NCBI GenBank assembly: GCA_001800075.1
Contig: MGUR01000075.1
Location: 34,986 to 77,509, forward strand
Length of the DNA: 42,524 nucleotides
Direction of reading: 5' to 3'
Source of the DNA: Elusimicrobia bacterium RIFCSPLOWO2_01_FULL_59_12
GTDB taxonomy: Bacteria > Elusimicrobiota > Elusimicrobia > 2-01-FULL-59-12
Made by a program: the position numbers and the translations under genes. The notes beneath the pieces were generated by a model. The model saw only the letters and a list, made by a program, of their open reading frames with translations. It searched no databases and had not been told where the DNA came from. Positions 34,273 to 42,523 of this stretch are shown here, one piece after another. Numbering within the stretch: position 1 is the first letter of the stretch; every line of letters starts with the position of its first letter.

Positions 34273-34662
34273 TCATGCCGGTTTCGGATCCGCTTTTTGT
34301 CGGATCCAATGCGCGATCCGCTCCAACACCTCTTGGGGACGACAGGGCTTGGACATATAATCATCGCACCCCGCCTCCTTGGCTTTGAGCTCTTCCCCCG
34401 CCAACGCGTGCGCCGTGAAAGCGATGATCGGCATGTCCTCGAGCGCCGCATCCTCGCGAACGCGCTTGGCCACCTCCCATCCATTGACCCTGGGCATGGA
34501 CAGGTCCAGGAGGACCAGTTCGGGGCGTTCCGAAGCGATTTTCTCCAAGGCCTCCTCGCCGTTGGCGGCCATCACCACCTCATAACTCGCGGCCTCCAGA
34601 GCGTCCCGGATGATCGTCCGATTGTCAAAATCGTCGTCCGCCACCAGGATTTTGTGTCTCAT
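34273..34662 (-). CDS. Stand-alone receiver (CheY-like) response regulator
   Basis: 129 aa. Motifs ILVADDD, VLLDLSMPRVNG, IAFTA and YMSKP. ATGA overlap at 34659-34662. Confidence 0.9.
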   Translation of the reverse strand: MRHKILVADDDFDNRTIIRDALEAASYEVVMAANGEEALEKIASERPELVLLDLSMPRVNGWEVAKRVREDAALEDMPIIAFTAHALAGEELKAKEAGCDDYMSKPCRPQEVLERIAHWIRQKADPKPA

Positions 34663-36569
34663 CGGGCGGCCGCCTCTTTGACCGCATGGAGCTTCTCTTT
34701 CAGAAGTGAAAAAATCTCCTCAAGGCTCCGGGACCCTTTTTGGACGATCATTTCGACGCGCTGTTCCAGATACTGGGTTTCCTGGGGCGTGAGGTGCTTC
34801 GCCGTCATGGCAAAAACGCGCATGCCGTCCAAGGAAGGGTCCTTGTCGATCGCTTCCAGCACTTCAAAACCGCTGATCTGCGGCATCATCAAGTCCAAAA
34901 ATACGATGTCGGGTTTCTCTTTGGACATTTCCGTCAGCGCTTCTTCGCCGTTATGGGCGATGGCGACCCGGTAGCCTTCCTGCTTGAGGTCCCCTTCAAA
35001 GAGCCGGGTGATGGCCGGATCATCGTCAACCACGAGCACCTTATGGGGGGCCCCTTTATCGCAATTCTTTAGCTTCGCGAGCAATTCCTTTCGATCGAAC
35101 GGCTTGACGATATAGTCCGTGACGCCCAACGAAAATCCCAGGGCCTTGTTTTCCATGATCGAAATGATGAAAACAGGGATCGAACGCAGCGCCGGGTCGT
35201 TTTTCAAGAGCTGCAAGACCGACCACCCGTCCATATGCGGCATCATGATGTCCAGGGTGACGGCGTGGGGATGGATCTGACGCGCCAGGGCGAGACCTTC
35301 CTGCCCGCTCTGGGCGCCGACAAATTTGAACCCGGTCCCTTGAAGGCTGTCCGCCAGCAAGGCCAGGACTTCCGGGTCGTCGTCAATGGACAGGATGACT
35401 TTTTGATTATTTTGAACGCCTTCCGGGGCCTTGGAGACAGGGATTTCATCTGGCACAGCCATGCTTTCCATGGGCAAGGTGACCGTGAATGTCGATCCGA
35501 CTCCGACGGCGCTTTTGACCTGGATAGCGCCCCCGAAGAGCTCTACGATTTTCTTGGTGATGGACAAACCCAGCCCGGTCCCGCCGTATTCCCGGGTGGG
35601 AGACGCGTCCAGCTGTTTGAATTCCTCGAAAACAAGGGGAAGGTCCTCGTCCTTAATGCCGATGCCGGTGTCCTGAACGTAGAGACGGACCCGGGAAGGC
35701 CCCGTCAACGCCTCGGCCTTGATCGAGACGCCGCCTTGATGGGTGAATTTGATCGCGTTGCCGATGAGATTGATCAGGACTTGCTTCAGCTTGGTTTTAT
35801 CGGTCCGAAGGAGGATGGGTTCTGAAACGTCCGAGGTCAAGGTCAGTTTCCGCTCGCGGGCCAGGCAGTCCATCGTCCCCAGGACCTCCTCCGTGATGTC
35901 CTTCAGGTCGCACGGCTCAACAAACAAAGACATGCGCCCGGCGGCGAGCTTGGAGAGGTCGAGGATATTATTGATGAGCTGCAAAAGATTTTTCGCGTTG
36001 GTATCGATGCGTTTGATCCCCTGTTCTTGTTTCGGCGAGATCTCCCCGTAGACCTTGTCCAGCAAAAGAGACGAATAGCCGATGATGGCGTTCATGGGGG
36101 TGCGCAGCTCATGGCTCATGTTGGCCAGAAATTCCGATTTCAAACGATTCATCTCCTCCAGATGACCGACTTTCGCCCTGAGGCTGCGGCGTTCCAGGGC
36201 TTTGTCGAAGATGACGCAAAGCTGGTCGAGTCCGTAGGGTTTGGGGATGTAATCAAACGCGCCTTGCTTCATCGATTCGACGGCGGTCTCCAACGTCGCA
36301 TACCCGGTCGCCATGATCACTTCGGCCTCAGGCTGGATCTCTTTGATGCCTTTCAGGACCTCCACCCCGCCGATGCCCGGCATCATGATGTCGCTGACCA
36401 CCAGGTCGAACTTTTCATGTTTGGCTTTTTCCAAACCCTCTTCCCCGCTGGCCGCGGCCACGACCCGGTACCCGCGGTCCGTCAGGCCGAACGCCAGCAT
36501 GTCCCGCAAGCCGGTTTCGTCATCGATCACCAAAACGTTTTGAGTCGCGTCCTTCATCGTTTTACTCAT
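34659..36569 (-). CDS. Hybrid histidine kinase, REC-HisKA-HATPase_c-REC-REC
   Basis: REC1 has VLVIDDE and VVSDIMMPGIGG. H-box SHELRTPMNAI, N-box NLIGNAIKFT, G-boxes DTGIGI and GGTGLGLSI. REC2 has ILSIDDD and TLDIMMPHMDG. REC3 has VLVVDDD and VFLDLMMPQISG. I saw no TM helix. Confidence 0.9.
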   Translation of the reverse strand: MSKTMKDATQNVLVIDDETGLRDMLAFGLTDRGYRVVAAASGEEGLEKAKHEKFDLVVSDIMMPGIGGVEVLKGIKEIQPEAEVIMATGYATLETAVESMKQGAFDYIPKPYGLDQLCVIFDKALERRSLRAKVGHLEEMNRLKSEFLANMSHELRTPMNAIIGYSSLLLDKVYGEISPKQEQGIKRIDTNAKNLLQLINNILDLSKLAAGRMSLFVEPCDLKDITEEVLGTMDCLARERKLTLTSDVSEPILLRTDKTKLKQVLINLIGNAIKFTHQGGVSIKAEALTGPSRVRLYVQDTGIGIKDEDLPLVFEEFKQLDASPTREYGGTGLGLSITKKIVELFGGAIQVKSAVGVGSTFTVTLPMESMAVPDEIPVSKAPEGVQNNQKVILSIDDDPEVLALLADSLQGTGFKFVGAQSGQEGLALARQIHPHAVTLDIMMPHMDGWSVLQLLKNDPALRSIPVFIISIMENKALGFSLGVTDYIVKPFDRKELLAKLKNCDKGAPHKVLVVDDDPAITRLFEGDLKQEGYRVAIAHNGEEALTEMSKEKPDIVFLDLMMPQISGFEVLEAIDKDPSLDGMRVFAMTAKHLTPQETQYLEQRVEMIVQKGSRSLEEIFSLLKEKLHAVKEAAAR

Positions 36570-37011
36570 GGGTCACCCTCCCGCATTGTTGGCACTGGGA
36601 CAGGCGTTCCACCGCCTGCCGGACGCGCGCCATTAAATGTTCCAAGTCGTAGGGTTTAAGCACAAAATCGAAGGCCCCCTTTTTCATCGCGTGGACGGCG
36701 GTTTCCACCGCGCCGAAGCCCGTGGCGACGATCACCTCGGTTTGAGGGTTTGTTTTTTTAATATTTTCCAGGAGTTTTAGTCCATCCATCTCGGGCATGG
36801 TGATGTCGGTGATGATCACGTCGAATTTTGTTTCCCCGGCCCTCTGGACCCCTTCGGCCCCGTTTTCCGCGGTCTCCACGCTCATCCCGCGATTGTTCAG
36901 TTCCCACTTCAGCAGGTTCCTGAAGCCGGGTTCATCATCCACCACCAGGACCATCAACGTTTTTGGCGGCTGCGGGCGGTTTTTATCCGGGATTTCATTC
37001 TCTGGGTTCAT
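36562..37011 (-). CDS. Stand-alone receiver response regulator (NtrC-type REC, no output domain)
   Basis: Motifs VLVVDDE, IITDITMPEMDG, VATGFG and DFVLKPY. ATGA overlap at 37008-37011. Confidence 0.9.
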   Translation of the reverse strand: MNPENEIPDKNRPQPPKTLMVLVVDDEPGFRNLLKWELNNRGMSVETAENGAEGVQRAGETKFDVIITDITMPEMDGLKLLENIKKTNPQTEVIVATGFGAVETAVHAMKKGAFDFVLKPYDLEHLMARVRQAVERLSQCQQCGRVTHE

Positions 37012-38873
37012 GATTTCGCCATGTTCGCTGGGCTTATGGGAAGACCGGCGGCGCGCACGGGGAACTTGGCGCAGAATTCCGTGCGCCCGGGACGGCTTTC
37101 CACATCAATGGTCCCTGAATGTTTTTTTATGATCTCATGCACCAGGCTCAGCCCCAGGCCCGTTCCTTTGCCTACCGGCTTGGTCGTAAAGAAGGGATCG
37201 AAGATGCGGGACTGGATCTCCCCCGGGATGCCGGGCCCGGTGTCCAGCACCTTCAAACACACCCAGGACAGCGGGCCTTCTTTCAGGTTTTCGGTTTTGA
37301 AGGTCAGCAGGCCCTCCGCGTCTCCCATGGCATCCAGCGCGTTATTGGCGAGGTTGACGATGATCTGTTGAATCTGGTTCAGATTGCCCAGGATCCGGGG
37401 CAGATCGGGGGCCAGCTCTTTGCGCACATCCACATGCGTCAGGCGCGCCTGGGCGATCACCAGGGAAAGGGCCCCTTCCACGGCCCGGTTGACGTCCAGC
37501 GGTTCCCGGTCGATTTTGGAAACCCTGGAAAAGGTGAGAAGGTCCTGGACCAATCCCTTGCACCGGACGGCCTCCTTTTCGATGGATTTCAAAGGGAGTT
37601 CCAGCGGATCGTTCGGTTGTAAGCGGCGAACGACCGCCTGGGCAAACCCCAGGATCACTCCCAGCGGATTGTTGATCTCATGCGCGACCCCCGCGGCCAG
37701 CTGTCCCACGGCGGACAATTTCTCCGACTGGCGGATCGCCCCTTCCAATTTCTTGCGTTCTCTCATGTCCTTGGCCACGGCGATGATCCCGGTGGGACGG
37801 CCTTCAGTGTCCTTGAGCGTGGAGCTGGAGAAAAGGACCGGGACTTTGACGCCCGTTTTCGTCAGGAAATCCAGCTCCAGGTTCCGGACCGATCCCTTTC
37901 CGATCAACGTCTCCTGCTCGGCCGCGTCCGATATTTTGTCCTTGGCTACAAATAAGATAGGGGCGCGCCGGCCTTCCAGCTCTTCTTTCGCATACCCCAA
38001 AAGGTCTATCGTGGCCTGGTTCACCATTCGAATGACGCCGTCCTTTGTCATCACAATCAGCGGGTCGATCATATGGGAAAGGACGTCTCCCAGGAAATTC
38101 TTGGATACCGTCGTTTCGCCCAGGACCCTGCTCATGCGGTTGAAATCCTCCGCCAATCGGCCCAGTTCATCTTTGGATAGAACGGGGACGCTGACGCCGT
38201 ATTCCCCGCGGCTGATTTGTGAAGTCCCCCTGGAGAGGAGTTTGATCGGCCGGAGCAGCCGGCGCATCAAGATGAGGACCAGCGAAAGGCCGATCCCGGC
38301 GGTCATGAGCACGATGGCGGCGATCTTGCGGAAAAGCCGGCGCTGCGTGTTGAAAACTTCTTTCAACGGCAGGCCGAGCCGCACCGTCCCCAGGCGGGTC
38401 CTGCCGGGCGCCTCCCCCCCTCCTAAAAGGAACTCCTCCTCCACATCGGCTTTCGGAGCGGACCAGACAGGGACCGAAACCAGCATGACGGGGCTCCCCC
38501 TCCATTCGGATGACCCGGTCACAGGCGAGAGGGCCTTCAGCCCTTCGAGCGTGGCGGCGTCGTCATAAATTTTCCCTTTCTCGGTTACATTCGTGTGCGC
38601 CAACACCTCTCCGGACAAACCGAGCGCCTCCGCGTACATGGCGCCGGCGCGCTCCTGGGCGGATTGCAGAAGCGGCAGCAGCGCTTGTTCGCGCCGCGCC
38701 GCGAGGCCCGCCGAGGCGCTTTCGGCCAGGCTGGAGGCGCTTAAGACGCCCCGCCTTTCAACATCTTTCAGGAGGATTTGACGCACGGCGTTTCGGACCG
38801 TCAAGAGGAGCGGCCCCCCCAGGAGCAGGGCCACTGAAGTGAAGATCAGCAGGATCTTAAATTGAAGCCTCAT
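37008..38873 (-). CDS. Membrane sensor histidine kinase (TM, periplasmic domain, TM, HAMP, PAS, HisKA, HATPase_c)
   Basis: I placed the start at ATG 38873 (MRLQFKILLIFTSVALLLGG), which makes an ATGA overlap with the upstream stop. The second TM is IAAIVLMTAGIGLSLVLILM. HAMP region LSKDELGRLAEDFNRM, PAS-like DPLIVMTKDGVIRMVNQATIDLLGY, H-box AHEINNPLGVI, G-box GTGLGLSLV. Confidence 0.85.
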   Translation of the reverse strand: MRLQFKILLIFTSVALLLGGPLLLTVRNAVRQILLKDVERRGVLSASSLAESASAGLAARREQALLPLLQSAQERAGAMYAEALGLSGEVLAHTNVTEKGKIYDDAATLEGLKALSPVTGSSEWRGSPVMLVSVPVWSAPKADVEEEFLLGGGEAPGRTRLGTVRLGLPLKEVFNTQRRLFRKIAAIVLMTAGIGLSLVLILMRRLLRPIKLLSRGTSQISRGEYGVSVPVLSKDELGRLAEDFNRMSRVLGETTVSKNFLGDVLSHMIDPLIVMTKDGVIRMVNQATIDLLGYAKEELEGRRAPILFVAKDKISDAAEQETLIGKGSVRNLELDFLTKTGVKVPVLFSSSTLKDTEGRPTGIIAVAKDMRERKKLEGAIRQSEKLSAVGQLAAGVAHEINNPLGVILGFAQAVVRRLQPNDPLELPLKSIEKEAVRCKGLVQDLLTFSRVSKIDREPLDVNRAVEGALSLVIAQARLTHVDVRKELAPDLPRILGNLNQIQQIIVNLANNALDAMGDAEGLLTFKTENLKEGPLSWVCLKVLDTGPGIPGEIQSRIFDPFFTTKPVGKGTGLGLSLVHEIIKKHSGTIDVESRPGRTEFCAKFPVRAAGLPISPANMAKS

Positions 38874-39757
38874 GGAATCTTTTTTTCCACCTTTTGAAGG
38901 AGTTCCGGCGACAATTTCAGGCCGCATTCGGAGGCCGAGGCCATATTCACCGCGATGCGCGGCTTGTCGGGATAAACCTGGGTCTCTTTCACGGCCCCCG
39001 CCAGCAGGTCTTTGGCGGCTTGCGCCGCGATCCGGCCGATGTCGGCAAACGAGGAGGCCACCGAGGCGGTGGCCCCCTGTTCCACCAGTTCGAGGGTCGG
39101 GACATAAAAAGGGATGTGGTTGGAAGAACAAAATTCTTTGATCAAATTGAAATTGTGCGAGGTGATGAGGCGAGGGTCCGGGGGAATCCAAATCGCGTTG
39201 ATCTGGGACCGCAGGGCTCGCAGATGGTCCGGAAGATCGTCCGAACCCTCCATTTTGTCGATGATGACCCGGACTCCCATCCCGCCGCCCAGCTGCTGCA
39301 TTTGTGCGTTGAATGGGCCCCATCCCTCCGAGAGGCCCAGAATGCCCAACGTTCGCAGGTTGGGTTGGATCTCTTTGAGCGTATTCATCACCGTGGGGGC
39401 GGGCGGCATCATGTAAATTTTTACAACGGGAGCCTTCCGATCGTTGGAAGGGAGGAACATTCCCGGCGCCATGCAGTAAACCATCGCCACGTCTTTGCGC
39501 TGGATCTGCAGAGCCGCTTTCCCGCCGATCGCCACCACCACGCGCGTCCCGGCAGGAAGACTGATGTCTCCGTTGGAAAGGTAGAGCACGGGGACGGAGC
39601 GACCCAGACCTTCCTGAACGCCGGCCAAGGCCGCCTGATAGGGGCCGAGATTTGAACTGAGGACCACCGCGATCTCATCGGCCCAGGCCGCGGGGGGGCC
39701 CACCCCGCTACAAACAAGCAAGAAGACGACGAGCCGGCGTTTCATGAAGGCCCGCAT
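38870..39757 (-). CDS. Periplasmic substrate-binding-like protein (ABC_sub_bind/PF04392-like)
   Basis: Signal peptide RRLVVFLLVCSGVGPPAAWA. The alternating beta-alpha layout includes EIAVVLSS, VVVAIGGKAA, LGILGLSEG, INAIWIPPDP, HIPFYV and GATASV, as I remember for this family. I saw no ABC permease or ATPase gene nearby. An alternative start is at 39745. Confidence 0.55.
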   Translation of the reverse strand: MRAFMKRRLVVFLLVCSGVGPPAAWADEIAVVLSSNLGPYQAALAGVQEGLGRSVPVLYLSNGDISLPAGTRVVVAIGGKAALQIQRKDVAMVYCMAPGMFLPSNDRKAPVVKIYMMPPAPTVMNTLKEIQPNLRTLGILGLSEGWGPFNAQMQQLGGGMGVRVIIDKMEGSDDLPDHLRALRSQINAIWIPPDPRLITSHNFNLIKEFCSSNHIPFYVPTLELVEQGATASVASSFADIGRIAAQAAKDLLAGAVKETQVYPDKPRIAVNMASASECGLKLSPELLQKVEKKIP

Positions 39758-41691
39758 TAGAAGGAGACCTCCACGCCCCCATAGAGGGTCCGGCCCTGGT
39801 TCACGGGAAGCGAGTCGCCCGGCGCAAAACCCCAGTTGGGCAGCCAGATCTCTTGGTTGGAGAGATTGTCCACGCGGAACAACAGGGACAGGCCGCGCGC
39901 GAGCCGCCAGCCTGTCAATTTGTCCATGTCGAACCGGCTGTTCAGGTTCAGGATGTTGTAGGCGCCCGGCGAGGGGTTGACGCTGGCGTCATATTTGCCG
40001 TCCAATTTTCCCTGATAGATGTCGTACAGGCTCACGGTCACGCCTCGGTCGGCCTTGTAGCTGACCCCGGCTTTGCCGCCGGCGCTGGCGACCGGCGTCA
40101 CGGCCGTGCCGCCCGTCTGGTCCTGGCTGGTTTGATAAAGCGCGGAAGCCAGCAGGAGGAGCCGCCTGTTCAGGCGATACTTGCTCTCGATCCCCACCCC
40201 CCGGGCCTCAATTTCTCCGGTGTTGTTATAGACACCCACGGCGCCGGAGCGGTCTTGGAAGATGAGGTTTTTGAGCTTGCTGTAGAAATAATCCAAACCT
40301 AGCTGAAGGTTGTTCCGGTCGTAGCCGATCGCCAGATCGAAGGTATCGATCTTCTCGGACTTCAGGTTCGGGTTGCCTTTCAGTCCGGGATGGTTCAACC
40401 CCAGTTCATTGATCGAGGGCGCCCGGAAGGCCTGGCCGTAAAGCGCCTTGATATGGACGTGGGGGGCGGGGTGGAAGATCGCGCCGCCCCGAGGGACAGC
40501 GTCGGCATCGACCCCTTGAACCTTGTTGAACTGGAATCCCCCGATCAATTTCAGCTTGGACAACAGCCAATAGTCCATTTGGGTGTAAAGCCCATAGCTG
40601 TTTCGATCGCCGTGGGATATTTGAAAACCGGGGGCGCCGGTATATTCTTCCCGGCCGTTGGCGTGATTGACCGATCCCCCCACCGCCATCGCGAGCTTGT
40701 CGGTAGGCGTGATGAAGTGGGTCCACTCCCCGCCCAATTCATACGAATGCCTTTCCACGTGCGGCCAGGCCGTTTCCGTATTAAAGTCCGATCCGGTATA
40801 GGTCACGTTCAAGTCCATGCGCCAGAGGTCGTTGACCTGCCGGCTGTATCCGGCGTCGGCAAAACGCTTTTTCCAATTCGCCGGCCCGGGCGTCGAAATA
40901 CCCGGGATGAAAAAGGCGTTATGCCATTCGGAATACGCCGACATCACGCGCCAATTCTTATAGTCGATTGCCGTGAAGGCGCCCGGGCCCCGGTCCGGCA
41001 TGTTGATTCGTCTCGATGTGAGGCCGCTTAAACCGGCGGCATTCCACCGGGTATTCCACTCCGGTTTCTGATGGAATTTTCCCGCCGCGAGCATCCCGAA
41101 ATCGCCGCTTCGGACCTGGGCTTTGGCCATGGCATCGGCCGCGCCCTTATCGCCCTTCAGGGCGTCCACGGCGGCCCCCGTGCCTTCCGGTCTTTCTGTA
41201 ATAACGTTGATCACGCCCGACACGGCGCCGGAGCCGTAAAGCACCGAGCCGGGCCCCTTGACGACCTCGATCCGCTGGATGATGTTCACGGGGAACGATT
41301 CCAGCATGTCGCTGACGATGCCGCCCTCCATGATTTCACGCACGGGCCGGCCGTTAATCAGCAGCAGGACGTGGGCCCCGCTCGCTTTAAACTGGGCCCC
41401 GCGGACGGCGATCATGCTGCGGTCCGTCATGAATGAGGAAGCGCCGGCCAGGCCGGGGACGCGCCGGAGAATATCCGCCAGGGTGGCGCCCCCGAACCGC
41501 TCCAGCTCGTCTTTGGTCACGACGGACATGACCCCCGGCGCGTCCGACAGGTTCTGGAGGCTTTTCGACGCCGTGATCACCTTCGCTTCTTCCTGGAAAA
41601 ATTGAAAGGCATTGTCCATCTCCGCCGTCGCCGGCGAGACTTGGCTTAAGACGAGGCATAGCGACAGGACGCGTCTCTTTGCGTTATTCAT
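39757..41691 (-). CDS. TonB-dependent outer-membrane receptor
   Basis: Signal peptide, then a TonB-box-like AKVITAS. Plug motifs are VVTKDELERFGGATLADILRRVPGL and VVKGPGSVLYGSGAVSGVINVIT. The beta-barrel body ends in a terminal Phe (YGGVEVSF). Confidence 0.9.
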   Translation of the reverse strand: MNNAKRRVLSLCLVLSQVSPATAEMDNAFQFFQEEAKVITASKSLQNLSDAPGVMSVVTKDELERFGGATLADILRRVPGLAGASSFMTDRSMIAVRGAQFKASGAHVLLLINGRPVREIMEGGIVSDMLESFPVNIIQRIEVVKGPGSVLYGSGAVSGVINVITERPEGTGAAVDALKGDKGAADAMAKAQVRSGDFGMLAAGKFHQKPEWNTRWNAAGLSGLTSRRINMPDRGPGAFTAIDYKNWRVMSAYSEWHNAFFIPGISTPGPANWKKRFADAGYSRQVNDLWRMDLNVTYTGSDFNTETAWPHVERHSYELGGEWTHFITPTDKLAMAVGGSVNHANGREEYTGAPGFQISHGDRNSYGLYTQMDYWLLSKLKLIGGFQFNKVQGVDADAVPRGGAIFHPAPHVHIKALYGQAFRAPSINELGLNHPGLKGNPNLKSEKIDTFDLAIGYDRNNLQLGLDYFYSKLKNLIFQDRSGAVGVYNNTGEIEARGVGIESKYRLNRRLLLLASALYQTSQDQTGGTAVTPVASAGGKAGVSYKADRGVTVSLYDIYQGKLDGKYDASVNPSPGAYNILNLNSRFDMDKLTGWRLARGLSLLFRVDNLSNQEIWLPNWGFAPGDSLPVNQGRTLYGGVEVSF

Positions 41692-42523
41692 GGCATTTCT
41701 CCTTGGGGGAATCCGTTCGGCGGTCCCAGATGATCAGGCTTTGGCCGTTGTGGTCCTGTTCCTTCACGTATTTTTTTAATTCGCTGGCAATCTCCGCCAG
41801 CCGGGCGTAATGCAGGATGCGGCGGGTCGCGGTGGAAACAACCGCCACGGACAATGCCATCAAGGGAAAGGCTTTTACCTGGCCTTGACGGTCCTTCGTT
41901 TGAAGGGCCCCCCGTTCCAAATCCTCGCGGTGATACATCGCCTCCCGTTGGGCATCGAAATTCTTCGCGATCCGGGGCATGGCGGCCTCCATATGGTCCA
42001 CAATGGACAAAAAAACGAAATCATCCCCGCCCACGTGACCCGCAAATGCGCACCCGTTCGGCGCGAACTTCACCGCTTCCATTAATAAGGAGGCCAGGCG
42101 TTTAATGACCTTGTCTCCCGCTTCGTAGCCGTAAACGTCGTTATACGCCTTGAAGTTGTCCACGTCGATATAGGCGAACGCGAAGGGGGACCCGATCTTC
42201 AACCGCTTCCAGACCTCATCCTCGATGGCGGGGCTGCCCGGGAGGCGCGTCAAGGGATGGCTGGAAAGGTCCCATCGGCGGCGCTGCAGGACGCCCTCCA
42301 ACCGCGCCTGGACCTCCTCCAGATCAAACGGCTTGCCGATGTAGTCGTCGACCCCTAGACGAAGGCCTTTCAGCTTGTCTTTCAGCGTGTTGAGCGCCGT
42401 CAGCAGAATGATCGGCAAGGAGCGCGTGGCGAAATCCGACCGTAATTTTTGACAGACGGCCAGTCCGTCCATGACCGGCATCCGCACATCCAGGAGAACG
42501 AGATCGGGGACCGACTCGCTCAC
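41684..42523 (-). CDS. Response regulator with GGDEF-like output domain carrying a GGDDF motif; 5' end lies beyond the right edge of the window
   Basis: The window starts inside the REC domain (DLVLLDVRMPVMDG, ILLTA, YIGKPF). The GGDEF-like part reads HPLTRLPGSP...FAYIDVDNFKAYNDVYGYEAGDKVIKRLA...GHVGGDDFVFL. The stop overlaps the TBDR start (ATGAATAA). Confidence 0.8.
   Translation of the reverse strand: MSESVPDLVLLDVRMPVMDGLAVCQKLRSDFATRSLPIILLTALNTLKDKLKGLRLGVDDYIGKPFDLEEVQARLEGVLQRRRWDLSSHPLTRLPGSPAIEDEVWKRLKIGSPFAFAYIDVDNFKAYNDVYGYEAGDKVIKRLASLLMEAVKFAPNGCAFAGHVGGDDFVFLSIVDHMEAAMPRIAKNFDAQREAMYHREDLERGALQTKDRQGQVKAFPLMALSVAVVSTATRRILHYARLAEIASELKKYVKEQDHNGQSLIIWDRRTDSPKEKCHE

Noticed and set aside
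37384-38568. 394-aa plus-strand ORF antisense to the HAMP-PAS kinase gene
   Set aside because: The translation is Arg/Ser/Pro-rich, as is typical of antisense frames in G+C-rich coding DNA. The minus-strand frame carries clear HAMP/PAS/H-box/G-box motifs.
38874-39323. N-terminal 150-codon extension of the kinase ORF (track start 39323)
   Set aside because: The extension overlaps the binding-protein gene in another frame and is Gly/Arg/Pro-rich. ATG 38873 gives a normal TM start and an ATGA coupling.
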